A stretch of DNA of 64,000 bases from Oopsacas minuta (lineage: Eukaryota; Animalia; Porifera), in assembly GCA_024704765.1 (NCBI GenBank), contig JAKMXF010000306.1, forward strand, positions 186,001 to 250,000, written 5' to 3'. Shown one piece after another: positions 12,312 through 24,823 of the stretch. The stretch's first letter is position 1. Each line of letters begins with the position of its first letter. The notes under the pieces are model-generated. The model was given only the letters and a program-made list of their open reading frames with translations, made no database searches and had not been told where the DNA came from. Both the position numbers and the translations under genes were made by a program.

Positions 12312-13747
12312 TATGTCTACTGTTCTTAGATAGGCGTTCCGTGCCTGATAAACAATGTGACAATGGAATGTATTCGTTCTACCCATTCTGATAGCTCCCT
12401 GTTCTTGACACTAAAGACTAAAACAACGAATTAGATTCTATGTATATAGGTATTTTAATTTATCAAGAATATGATTTTAAGCAATACATACCTCAAGTAA
12501 CCGTACAAAGTATTTCTAGACATGGTCATCAACTCGCTATAATCATATAACAAACTGTAATGAACAAAGTATTTGTTCTGATGTTTAACAGTAAACTGTT
12601 CTGACCTTCGAAGACTGCCAAGCAATTGCAAGTACACTGCATCTTGAACTGTAAACTATATATGTATAATATAATTACTGAGTTACTAGGCACGGGCAAA
12701 TTTAGGGAGGGGTAAATTTGGACGAGTTGACTGCAATCGAATGAACAATCTTATATGCAGACCAAATATTTATTGAAATTCCTTTATAATTGCAAAGACT
12801 TGTTTTCAACGGCTAAATACGTAGGATAACCCCCCATACTAAATTAAAATTGTGAACGAGCGAATGGTTCATTGATGATAAATATATACCTTTGTAATCT
12901 TTGAGTTCATTAATATCATTTCTAAATAGATAACTATTCCAACCTTCTCTAGTTTAAGCTTCTCCTCTTCATTGAATTTGAACCATAGTCACATAATTCC
13001 TTTTCAGGATACATACTTAAAGGTAAATTGATGCCATGGCAGAGCTGGTGGTTGTAAATTGCTATTTGGCTTTCATCTAGATTGAAAGGTATTGGTCTTG
13101 TTGATATTGTGTTATATTCAATCTTTTTCTGTGTATTTGATCCAGCTTTTTCGAGAATATTCTGGAGTCTAGAATGTTGTTTGCACTTAGAAGAACAAGA
13201 ACAACATAACTACCTATCATTATTCAATTGGAAGTTGTGAAATGTATCATCTGTCAACAGAAAGATATCGTTGGACTTGGGAAATAATATAGTATGTCTT
13301 CTAGAATGTTTGCTTCACAAACTTGCAAACAATCATTTTGTGAACAGAGTTCAAATACTTGAAAATGAGAACAAGTATCACTATAACAATTGGCGCATAG
13401 ATTGCTGTTTGTTTCAATTATGATTCTCCTTTTGTTTAGTACAACGGTTCCTTGAAATACATAATGTTTAGTTTTGGTAGTGAGAATAGTAAATGTACAG
13501 TAGACTCCGATTAATAGGGTTACTTGGGACCAGGCCATTTGACCCGATTAACCGAAATAAAGGTGTTGAGCCCTACGAACCGGAGCATAAAGACAAACAT
13601 GCAAACAGACAACAATAATAGTGATAATAACGTATATTTACCTTGTGAGTGATCATAATCTGCAATTATAACATATTCACTATCCTCTAACTTATATATG
13701 TGAGACTTCAATATCAATAGTTTTACATACTGGTCAACTATAGGCAT
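12312..13747 (-). pseudogene. KDZ/Zisupton-like transposase, N-terminal exons with cysteine clusters
   Basis: Degenerate frames give CANCYSDTCSH, LCDYG-FKFNEEEKL...IYLE and CTCNCLAVFEGQNSLLLN...YSLLYDYSEL...TLYGYLR, followed by a GT donor. These resemble the CxC clusters upstream of KDZ domains. Confidence 0.6.
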
Positions 13748-14008
13748 TTCTACTTGTTTATTTCTGGTCCTGAGAAGCAATCAGGGTGACATTGACTTAT
13801 GCGAAAAATTATATTGACTCAACGAGCAACTAAAGTTTGCTTGAAAGCAAAAGGAATTGAGAATATAATTATCACCTGGTTTTGACCATGTTGGATATCT
13901 GATTCTATCTATCTAAACGATTCACCTTCTGATAGGCATACTTTGTCGTTGTCTAATGTGACGAAGCTGATATCATCTTTCCCCGAGATTTCCGTTTTTT
14001 TGAGTATA

Positions 14009-14194
14009 CAGTAGAACTCGGATAAGACGTACTCGGCTTAAGACGTACACTCGGTTAAGGCGTACCATTTCTTATATCCCAAAATATCAGTCATCATTAT
14101 TTGTAATGCAAACATATTCGGATAAGACGTACACTCGGTTAAGACGTACTAATTTCTGTTTCCCGAGCGGGTACGTCTTATCCGAGTTCTACTG
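14009..14194. mobile_element. Tc1/pogo-type MITE, same family as 1365-1534
   Basis: CAGTAGAACTCGGATAAGACGTAC...GTACGTCTTATCCGAGTTCTACTG with TA on both sides. Confidence 0.9.
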
Positions 14195-14431
14195 TACATT
14201 ATCAAATCCAGTTTGAGAAGTTACTTTTTCAGCCATTTCTAAAATGAAATTATCTATCCAATGGTATAAATGTATATATCTATTTCTATACATTATAAAT
14301 GCACCAGCATTCCAATGATCACTTGTCGTAATGTGGTTTCGAAACTTATCTAATCACATCCAATTCAGCAGTTTGGGTAACTATGGTTGAAATGATAACA
14401 TGCATCTATAAACATGACTTACCAATAATCC

Positions 14432-14463
14432 TAATGTAGCGCATGCGCTACTCACCTTTAAAT
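14432..14463. promoter_or_regulatory. Putative subterminal/promoter motif of the KDZ element (16-bp palindrome GTAGCGCATGCGCTAC)
   Basis: Perfect palindrome at 14436-14451 preceded by CCAAT; a similar ~32-bp block lies at 26754-26786. The function is inferred. Confidence 0.45.
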
Positions 14464-16029
14464 ACCTCATTTTGGGAGCTTCTTGATTAAAGTTCTTATA
14501 TAGCCATGGTAGAATGTGACACATTTGGCCTACCCAACGCCAAATTCGAATTCGAACATGTTGTTCCGTTTAGCAAGGTTGAACTGGAATAAAATTTAAC
14601 ATAAATGAATCTGTTTGCATCCCACCAAGGATTGCCTTATATAATATATTTCAATCTCTTAATGGTTGGGAATTGCTTTACGAACAGTAAATACTGGCCA
14701 AAATTATAGCATAGCTTCCAGTAATAAGTATAAAATACAAGGATTGTTCAATGAGTAATGAGACTACTGCATCGAATTCATATTCTAGTTAATACAGCTC
14801 TAAGCCTAATACCAGACTACAAGCCTAACTTGATTGTCTAACTTCGATACAATATACTGTTTACTCTACTAGCATATTCTTTAGTATAAAGTTTCATTTG
14901 TATTGGCTACGTTTTTCAACTAATGGATTTTAGCAAAGAAGGAAAAACGACAAATAATTTGGTACCTGTAGAAAAAGGGGAAGACTGGCTCACACATTCT
15001 TCGTGAAATTCAGAATAATTTCGGTGATGAAGGTCCTTCGAAAGCCATCATATATAGATGGATAGAACATTTGATAATGGCGATGTGGAACTCCACGATG
15101 ACCCTCGTCCAGGTCGTCCGACTTCGTCAAAATCCCGCATGAATATCGAGAGGGTCCAAACAATTTGGACGAGGACAGACGAATAACCCTGCCAGAGTTA
15201 GAAGAGTGGGTAGGTGTATCAAAAGCCACACTACACTCAATTATAACTGAAGATCTGGAAATGTCGAAGGTAACTGCGCGTTGGGTCCCAAAACCTCTTT
15301 CAAAAGAACAAAACCACGAAAGGGTCAGAGTTAGCAAAGGATTACTTTCAAGATACAAGGCAAAGGAATACTTTTTGGATCGTATAGTAACGGAGGATGA
15401 AACTTGGTTTTATTATTATGGACCAGGGAGCAAAACTCAATCCAAGCAGTGGAAGAGACGTGATAAACCTGTACCCATCAAAGTTAAGGTCGCAAAATCA
15501 GCAGGGAAGAGAATGGCAACAGTATTTTGGGATAGGGAAGGAATTATACACCTCGACTGGTTGCCTGAGAAACACCCATAAACAGTGATCATTGCGTTGA
15601 CGAATTGAAAGAATTTCTTCAAGCGATTAAACGTGAGAGGTAAGGCAAATTGACACGTGGCGTATTGCTGCAACATGACAACGCAAGGCCCCATGTAAGC
15701 TCTAAGACAATGACTGCAATTGACGACTTAGGATTCGAATGCTTCCCTTATCTCCCGTATAGTCCAGACCTGACTCCCAGCGACTACTGGCTGTTTGGAG
15801 AGATGAAGAGACCTCTTCGAGGGAAGAGATTTGAGGATTTCAAACGACTGGAGTATGAAATAAAACAGTGGGAAATAGGGACCTAAAGAATTCTATACCA
15901 CTGGGCTGGAAAAGTTACCAGAACGATGGAAACGATGTATAAAGTTAGAGGAAGAATTTATCGAAACATTTGATAATCAATTATGATAAGTATAGGTTAC
16001 TATATAAATTATGAAAATGAGTCTCATTA

Positions 16030-18656
16030 CACTACGTAACAAATTTTTATGAAATCTTTGTTTGGCTTGATATTTTGATTGTTTATGGATAATTTTGAGG
16101 CGCTGATTCCGAAAATACAATTAGTTTTTTTCTATCATCGATCGTTAGCTTTCAGGAAGCCTATTTATATGAGCAGGTTACACGCTTAGCCAACCCAGCA
16201 AAACGTACGTCACAATCAAAATCTTTTGTGCTATAACAATAAAGATAACAAACATTTTGCACTCCCTTCACTGTCTCTTGTCTTTTTAAGCTCTGGGAGA
16301 CACTTAAAGTGTCTGCGAATGCACAACTTAAACAGCATCAGAATTCCAGGCTGGGGTAGGATTGCAAAACTTAGAAATTTCGTTCTTGCGTATAGTTTAT
16401 TTGCTATCCAGTACCTTCACTTGGAAAGTATTTACTTATATTAATACTATAGGCTACCAGCAGCTAGTATAAGCATAAGTATAACTGCCTTTAGCAGAGA
16501 GGCAGAAATAACTTGCTGGTTGTTCTTACGTTAAGTTAGTGTTTTTCAAATTTAGAAATTGCAATGGCTAGTAGACAATGCAAGAATTCACCTGACTCAT
16601 TTTGCTATGTTTGTGGATATTATGTTGGTGACAAACATGTTTCAAATAAAATATCAAAAGAAGCTAAGTATTGGGAAGCGTATAGACTGTATTTTGGGAT
16701 GTCCATTGGGGATCAGGAAAAGGCCTGGGCCCCACATGTGATTTGTGGCAGCTGTCGATCTAATCTTGAAGCTTGGTTGAGGGGTTCCGCTAGAGTTATG
16801 CCATTTGCTATTCCAAGAGTTTGGAGAGAGCCACAAAACCATCATGATGATTGTTACTTTGGTATGGTAAATATTGCTAAGTACCGCAAGGTTAAGGGAA
16901 GAAGAGCACTGACTTATCCAAGTATACCATCATCCATTGCACCTGTTCCTCATAGTGAAACTTTACCAGTTCCAAAACCACCAGCAAATGTAAGTAGTTT
17001 TATGTTTTATAATATAAGGCTACGCTAGCTTATATGCTGTAAGGGTGACCCACAATCTGCATCTTGTGTTTTATTCTTGTCATTTTAGTTGGAGTTTAAT
17101 ACTGAATGTGAAGACTCGATATCAAGTGAAACTTCGGATGCTGAGGAGGAGTATCTCCAATCAACAAGTGCAGATCGTCATTATCCTTCTAAGAGAGAAT
17201 TAGATGACTTAATACGAGATCTGCAACTAACAAAATCTGCAGCAGAGCTATTGACGTCAAGATTAAGCGAGTGGAATTTGCTGCGTGATGATTGCAAAAT
17301 AACTGCTTACAGGAAGAGGCACTTGGACTATTCTGTTTACTTTGATGTAATACAGGATCTGTGCTATTGCAAAGATGTGAATGGTTTGTTTGATGCTGTT
17401 GGAATTGAACATGACCCTTCTCAGTGGCGACTTTTTATTGACAGTTCCACCAAAAGTCTTAAAGGAGTTTTACTTCATAATGGGAACAAATATCCGTCAA
17501 TTCCACTTGCTTATTCAATACAAATGAAAGAAGACTATGAAAATGTCAAGCAACTACTGCTTAAAATAAACTATGCTGAATTTAACTGGCAGCTCTGTGG
17601 TGATTTTAAGATGTTGGGGTTTTTGTTGGGACTGCAGGGTGGTTACACCAAATACTCATGTTTTCTTTGTTTGTGGAACAGCAGAGCTGATGGAGAGCAC
17701 TACTCGAAGATTCAATGGCCGCCAAGAAAAGAATTAATGCCAGGAAAATACAATGTCATCAAAGAGCCACTTATATGCCGGGAAAAAGTTTTACTACCAC
17801 CTCTTCATATAAAACTAGGTTTAGTAAAGCAATTTGTTAAAGCTTTGGATTTTGAAGGAGAAGCTTTTCAAGAAATCCGTGCAATGTTTCCAAAATTATC
17901 AGATGCTAAACTAAAGGGAGGAATATTTGTTGGTCCCCAAATAACCACCATGTTAAAGTCAAGAACCCTGGAGGGTAAAATGACCGAAACAGAAAGAAAA
18001 GCATGGCAGGCATTTCGTGATGTAGTTAATGGCTTTTTAGGAAATAACAAAGATCCTAATTATGAAGAGATAGTGAATACTCTGATCACAAGCTACCAAA
18101 AGATGGGATGTCGCATGTCGTTGAAACTTCATTTTCTATGCTCTCATCTTGACTTCTTTCAAGAAAATTTGGGGGATTTCAGCGAGGAACATGGCGAGAG
18201 ATTTCACCAAGATATTCAGCTAATGGAAAGACGGTATCAGGGCCGCTGGGACAGTGCAATGATGGGCGATTACATGTGGTTTTTGATAAGGGAAGACATT
18301 TCTGGTCACAAAAGAAAAGCTCGTTCAACAGTTCATTTTTGAAGTATTTTAACTCTCTAACATGAGTGCGTTTTGTTTTCTTTAGGACTTGTAATCAGCA
18401 ATGTACTGTTTGGTAATGATTTTCATGTTCAAATTAACTTATCAACACATCACTACGTGTTTAAATCTATTACAAGAGCTGTAGGTAAATTTGCATATAA
18501 TGAACAACACAACTTGTTCGGAAAAAGCAAAAAGTGTAAATACGTCAAAAAGCATTGATGATATGGAAAAACTAACACGATTTTTGAATTCAGCGACGCA
18601 AAAAACATAAGGGAACATCAAAAATTGAAGCCAAACAAAAATTGTGTTACGTAGTG
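16030..18656 (+). mobile_element. Chapaev3-type DNA transposon, copy 1, 2627 bp
   Basis: CACTACGTAAC...GTTACGTAGTG termini with 3-bp TSD TTA (16027-16029, 18657-18659). CAC ends plus a TWA TSD are the described Chapaev3 pattern. Confidence 0.85.
16564..18342 (+). CDS. Intact two-exon transposase, join(16564..16989,17089..18342), 559 aa
   Basis: Phase-0 99-bp intron GTAAGT...TTTTAG. Motifs CKNSPDSFCYVCG, FIDSS, CGDFKM, LPPLHIKLG, LKLHFLCSH and SEEHGERFHQ are present with no stops. Confidence 0.88.
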
Positions 18657-18679
18657 TTATTTATTGAACAACCCTTATA

Positions 18680-20645
18680 CATATGATTTACAAAAGTCGA
18701 GTAAACCCACTTGACCAATTGATCCTTTTGAGGAGAATCACATTGCATATCAATGCACTACATTTGTAGATTTCCTGCCACGGAATCTATATTTACTTTG
18801 AATGGAGATCAAAAGAGACTGAAATAGGAACTGTTTTCTAAAATCCTGGAATCTATCATTGAATTCTTCTCTTAAAGATGAAATGAATTTGGCGTATCCT
18901 TCAGGATCATTCACTTTGTGTATTCTTATTGTTGGAAAATGAACATAACTCTTTACTCTGAGTTGAGATTCCCACAAAGTAAGCTTAATTTGAAAAGCAT
19001 TAATATGATCAAACTTCGCAGAGATTAGTTGGTCTTTTCCTTGAAGTCCTGTATTCAATTCATTCAAGTGTGAACTAATATCTATTAAGAAAGCAAAATC
19101 ACACAACCATTCTTCTTCTTGGAATTCAGGAATTGGTTTCCCTTTTAGTTGCATGAACATCTGAATTTCATCTTTCAAATATAAAATCGTTTTAGCATTT
19201 TACCACGACTCAACCATCTAACTTCAGAATAGTAAAAAATGTAACCGAATTCTGAATTCAAATCATTAAGCAATTCTTGAAACTGTCTATGATTAAGACC
19301 CCTGGAGCGAATGAACTTAACTGTTCTGATAACAACTTTCATTTCATTAAATTAGTATTACCTGACAGCAGCGCTCGTTTTCAATTAACTTCATAAGGCC
19401 TTCCCTTTTACCTACCATTGCTGGAGCTCCATCAGTCGTTATTCCCGAAATTTTCCCGAAATCTAAAGCAAATCTTGCTAGTGTAGTCTTAACTGCCTTA
19501 TAAATATCATTCGCTTTTGTAGTGTCCTTAATGAGACTAAAGCGGCCATTTCTTCGGTAATGTTGAAATCGTAATCGATACCTCGTATAAAAATAGCTAC
19601 TTGAGCAGTATCCGTAGCAGTGGCGTAGTCAAGGGGGCCATGGTCCCCTCGGAAATATTTTGATGATTGATTGCAATTTACATTTATCTATCCGAATCAG
19701 TGGAATACTTATGGGGCTATGACCCAAAAATCACTTGAAATATCGTTTAAATAAATTATTCATTTTTGCAAATATTGTTGTCTTTACTAATACTACAGAT
19801 ATACTACAAAACAATGTCAATCTTCCTGTATAATTTTGACTATTTCATTTTTTGATTTCCCCTGGCTCAATTCGTATTTCACTTCCATGGGCAGATATAA
19901 TTGCAAGACCTGATAATCTTTCTTCTCTCATAGAATTTCTAAGATAGGTCTTTATACGCTTCATGGTTGAAAAGCTCCTTTCACTTGTTGCGGTTGTTAT
20001 TGATATTGTTGAAAATAACTGTAGGATACGGAATTTAGCCGGAATTATGTCTATATTGCAGTGGCTAATGAGTCAACAGCCTTATTAGGAATTAGCTCTC
20101 CCTTCCTTTTCTTTTCAACCCAAATATGAGCCCAAATTTTCATTTGTGCCTCGATTTCTGGAGAGCAAAATGGAAATATTGTGTCCATAGTTTAGACATT
20201 TTCAATAATGGAAAATACAATATAGCGATCTAATATAGGATATTAGGAAATCATAATAAATAAAACTACCCTAGAGGCTATAAAAACAAGAATCAGACAA
20301 TTAGCACTGTAAAATCGTTAACAAACGAAACTCTTTGTTAAAGGCATTGTATATATAAAACACTTATCTGATTCCCATTGAATAAAGGTCGATGATAATT
20401 CAATTACTACATCTATTACTAAAATCCATAGTAGCCAATGTGCAATGGCGACTAGCTAGTGGCTATACTAAAATTTGGAATTACATTAGCCCCGAATACA
20501 AAGCTGGCTACACAACTGATCCGTAGTATCTGTACTTTCGTCCACTGCCAATGAATAAGACCTGAAATTTGAAGCTCGCAAGATCAACTAGTTTTCAATT
20601 AAGCAAGACAAATTAACTATGCGTTTTGCTATTGTCTGATTAGAT
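18680..20645 (-). pseudogene. Continuation of the hAT transposase begun at 594, interrupted by 19618-20518
   Basis: From 20645 downward reads LSNQTIAKRIVNLS...SLAVDESTDTTD, then after the insert TAQVAIFIRGID..., then ORF 18750-19178 WLCDFAFLIDISSHLNELN. Confidence 0.88.
19618..20518. mobile_element. Non-autonomous hAT element, 901 bp
   Basis: CAGTGGCGTAG...CTACACAACTG termini with 8-bp TSD ATCCGTAG (19610-19617, 20519-20526). A minus-strand remnant of the hAT C-terminus reads LRNSMREERLSGLAI. Confidence 0.9.
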
Positions 20646-21011
20646 CATAGACTCTTTTAGAGAAGGACTGGAACGTCGCGATCTCGGGGTTTTTAACTTG
20701 AGTCTGTGAGGTTCCAATTAAAAAATTGAAAAAGCATTAGAACCTATATTTAACCTGTGGTTGGGGGTCAGACACAACCAAGAAGCTTAAAATAAGAGTA
20801 TTGGCCACATTTCCCTTTGACCTTTGGCAGATATGAACTTCCTGTTTTCAACTATATTTCCTTATGTTTTCCTTATGTTTTTGGGATATTTGCATGTTTT
20901 GTGCAATGGCTGCGTGGTAATGTTTTATTTTTCTTGTTGCAAATATGTCTGCATGTTTATTGATATTGATTATGCATGATAATGTGTTTTGTTTTCAGCT
21001 TTTGTGACAAT

Positions 21012-23565
21012 ATGCCACGTCGTTGCAGCTGTTTTGGTTGTAGAGGAAACTATGATGGGACGCCTTACCTAAGGGTCATATCCTTCCCAAAAGATCCTGT
21101 GGAGAGGGAGAGATGGATATTGGCAATGTCGAATGAAAACGAAAGCTTGAGGCGCTTGAAGAAGATATATATTTGTGAGAGACATTTCAATTGTGAACGG
21201 GTGTCAGTAAAGGGTGGAAAGCGACCAAAAGAACCGCCATCAATATTTCCTGGAGTACCGAAATCAGTTTTGAAGCAGGTCACCTCAGCTCCACGCCCAA
21301 CATCATCTACATCAGAATCAAGAGCTAAGAAAGTGCAGGCAGCTTATGAGGCTGCAGACAAGATCCAAGATTTCGACCACTTCTCCGCCAAAATGAGCTC
21401 CTATTTTCCTGGCTTTAACTTCATAAAAGACCAGAAAAACCTGTACCTATCAAGAACTGACGCTACTGGACAAACTGTCAAGCAATTCTTTCATTTCCAA
21501 CAAGTCAGTTCACCATTTGGATTCCTATTCTTGAATAGAGTTGAAAAAGATGGTATTGAGGTGTCCAAGCGACTATTTCCTTTGCAGAAGAACAGCTTAC
21601 TCTCGAAATGGTCCCAGATTGGATACATAACTGACCAGGTAAACGCCTATGAGTACACAAGCCAAGAAATTCTTGAGCACGCAATAAGCCAGCTCTGCAA
21701 GATGACTGAGGCGCACGAGCTTGCTCATTCCACCTTCCTTCTGTCGCAGCTGTGCCTTATATTCACACCTCCTGATGGACGCCGATTTGACATTGATACT
21801 ATGATTTTCGCAGTGCAGCTTCACAACTTATCACCTAGTGCATACAAAATGATTCGCCGATCCGGCTTAATCATTCTGCCATCAACAGAAAAGGTAAAAC
21901 AGATGCTTGCTAGGAGTCTGCAGGACTCCAACCTCAAAACTTTGTTCGACCAGCTTAAGCCACAGCAGCGTTTGGTAAATTTAATGTTTCACGAGGTAAA
22001 GCTGGTCGAGACATTGCGATTTTTCGGAGGGCATGTTCTAGGATACTCTCAAAATACTGCAGCGGGTGGTGACCATGAAATGCTTGCTTCATATGCTATG
22101 GTGGTTGAAGTTGCCTGCCATTTTGGTGGTCCACGCTATATTCAACGCGTTTTGCCCTGCAAAAACTAACTTCGGATCAGCTGAAAGAACTCCTTATTGA
22201 AGCTGGTTCAGCTGTAGTTGGTGCTGGCGGTACTGTGATTTCTTTAATATGTGACAATTGCAATACCAACCGCAGTGTTCATTCAAAGCTTGGAGGACCT
22301 GGAAGTTGTCAAGTGCTATCGATTCAAGAACAATCTATGTTCTTAGTGTACGACTACTTGCACATCTTCAAAAATATACGCAACAACTGGATTACTGTTG
22401 ATAGCAAGACACTCTCATTTGTCGTAGATGGCAATGAGTACAAAGCCTACTGGAGTGATATTCAGAAGCTTTATGAGATCGACCGAGCTACTCCTATTCG
22501 TTTAACCAAGCTGACACACACTGCTGTTTTCCCCAAGCCCCTTCAACGTCAGAGCGTACCATTGGTATGTCAAGTGTTCAATAACAAGACTGTCGCTGCC
22601 TTGAAGACGTTCAAGGGTTCACTGGGCATCAGCGAAGGCACCATCATTCTCACCCAGGCAATGAGTGAGTGGTTCAAGATAATGAATGTGAAAGACCGTT
22701 TCTCAGCTATCCGTCTTCGCGACGAATCCAGACAGCCTTGGACAGCAGACTGTACAAGTTTCACTAGGCTGGAGGAGGCCTGCCAAATTATATCTACCTG
22801 CGCATGGCAAGGAGGTGGTGGTCGTAAGCTGAAGCTAACTAAGCAAACTGCTGAAGCCTTCACTGTGTCCACACGTAATAATGTGGATGCTGCCAAATTG
22901 CTTCTGGCGGACAAGGACTTTGACTACGTTCTTCCTGCTATATTCGCGGATGAAGCCTTTGAAAAGTTTTCGGCCAAGCCAGACAAAGAAGAGGAGGAAA
23001 CTTTTACATTGACGTAGTTGACATTATGGCTGCAGCTAAAATTGTAAACTTGCAAACACTCAGTAAGCATGACATTATGGTAGAATCGAGTTCTCGTGTG
23101 CATGATTGTGACAAGAATTGTACAACTTCCGAAAATCCAGCTGAGCGAAGTGAATTCATTTACGAGATCACTCCTCAAGACACTCAAGAACTCTTGAGGT
23201 CTGATGATACCCTTAAGCATAAAGTTGTTTATTTGGCCGGATACCTTGTTTATAAATTTGGTGATAGCACTAGTATGGAGGAGATCATTGGTGATGAAGA
23301 TGGTAACGAGGTGTCATCTGAGTTCCTAGATAATTTGAATAGAGGTGGACTGAGTGTGCCGACTATGTCAACCGTCTTTTTTGTACACAATGCCTATAAT
23401 TTGCATGACCAGACTAAAATGCGTTGCCGCTTTCATTTTGCTGAGCTATTATCCTTTGTAGATGCACCTTTAGCAGGTAATAAGGCTGCATGTACTACTT
23501 TAGCTAACATTCTATTGAGAGCTCATGTCCTCAATGTAAGTGACAAAGAAAAGTCTTTGGGATGA
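21012..23565 (+). pseudogene. THAP P-element transposase with the same two frameshifts as copy 1
   Basis: Frameshifts at the A5 run (22161-22165) and T4 run (22967-22970). Adding one base at each gives an 851-aa frame. Confidence 0.88.
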
Positions 23566-23659
23566 CTCAGAAGGCAAGACAAGCTCTCTAACTAACGATG
23601 GGCATAGACAATGTTGTAATAGACATAGTGTTGTGATATGCATATAATGTAATTACATA

Positions 23660-23829
23660 CAGTAGAACTCGGATAAGAAGTCCCCCCTCGGGAAGTCTAA
23701 AAAAGTACGTACTATCCGAGTTGTATTTACATAGAATCCTATGTAATAATGAATTTTGGTTCATAAAATTTAGTACGTACTAAGCCGAAACACGTCTTAT
23801 CCAGGGTACATGCTAACCGAGTTCTACTG
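23660..23829. mobile_element. MITE nested in P copy 2
   Basis: Mirror of 1365-1534. Confidence 0.85.
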
Positions 23830-24149
23830 TATATGACAATAAATATCAAATTTGTGCTGCTATACACTACTGCGTCTCATTACAATCAGCCATCTCTCAC
23901 CTTTATTTGTTAGACAAAAACAAGGGCAAAAATTACCAAAATTCACCCATTTGACCTTTAATATGACCGCAGGTGGTGTTGAAAATGGCGCCATTGAACC
24001 CGCCGTCCTCAAAATCTCCTATGTGGACCCGAGATCGTGTCTCTAGCCCTTCTAGAAGCATTTTAGCCCAGGACTCAAGTTAATCCTTCAGACTCAAGTT
24101 AAAAACCCCGAGCATGGGAGTATTCAGTCCTTCTTTAAACGAGTCTATG

Positions 24150-24815
24150 GTTTACACTGAAAATATTAATCGCTATTCAACTTTTTTATATTTTACCATT
24201 CTACTATATTTGTACAGGTTGCCAGTATACGAGAATCTAGAAGTTGAGTCTGCTCAACTGTGTTCAAAAAGTTTCCAACTCATAAAAGGTTTTCCCCCGG
24301 AATAGTTGCAATCGCTTGTAAACACAGGATTTGTTATGGTTTCCAAATCCTCAGACAACACGAATCTACAGTTGTAATTTATAGTTTGTTAATGACCATA
24401 TTCAGAGAACAGCCAAAAGTGCTCATCTACAATAATGCTTGCAACTTACACAAAACATGTATGAAAAGGTAAGTGCACATAACAAATTGGGTATAAATGA
24501 TAAATAGTCGAGATTTTAACTAGAAATTTATTTGTGATTTCTTATATAGGGACCCCAAAGTATTTCGTAAGATAACATTTCAGATTGATCGATTCCATTC
24601 TACAAACCACAAGTGCAATCCCTCTTATTCTTTGAGATCAATTCAGACTGACGAGATGAAAAAGCTAAACTCACAAATTGTGAGCAGTTGTTTTCATCAC
24701 TAAGAAGGATAGCAACACAAATCGTATACATGCGCATAGATAATGTATTCTTCACTACAAGATATTTTCTAGCATGTTTGAATCTACATATTCTATCACA
24801 AAATAATAATATATG
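24150..24815 (+). pseudogene. KDZ/Zisupton-like transposase, C-terminal exons
   Basis: After acceptor TACAG: LCSK-KFPTHKRFSPGIVAIACKHRICYGF...HES...LIYNNACNLHKTCMKR. After a GT-AG intron: DPKVF...IDRFHSTNHKC...LNSQICEQ. These match the KDZ pattern Y(D)xAC / DxFHxxxH / NSQxxEQ. Confidence 0.78.
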
Positions 24816-24823
24816 AAAATAGT

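Larger units (their letters stand above)
14738..18677 (+). mobile_element. mariner (DD34D) pseudo-element with Chapaev3 inserted in its right TIR
   Basis: Left TIR CAAGGATTGTTCAATGAGTAATGAGACT; right TIR AGTCTCATTA[insert]TTTATTGAACAACCCTTA; TA on both sides. Fragments WVPKPL, TEDETW and HDNARPH...YSPDLTPSDY lie at ~14920-15990. Confidence 0.88.
20646..24149 (+). mobile_element. P-superfamily (THAP) DNA transposon, copy 2, 3504 bp
   Basis: Inverted copy of 1045-4548; all ORF translations are identical. Confidence 0.92.

Noticed and set aside
14520-14545. Exact terminus and TSD of the KDZ element (ACACATTTGG vs ACACATTGGG near 26841)
   Set aside because: The similarity is short and no reciprocal TSD could be found, so boundaries are left open.
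22155-22975. Programmed -1 ribosomal frameshifting in the P transposase
   Set aside because: Neither site forms a canonical X XXY YYZ heptamer in frame. Mutation or consensus error is simpler.
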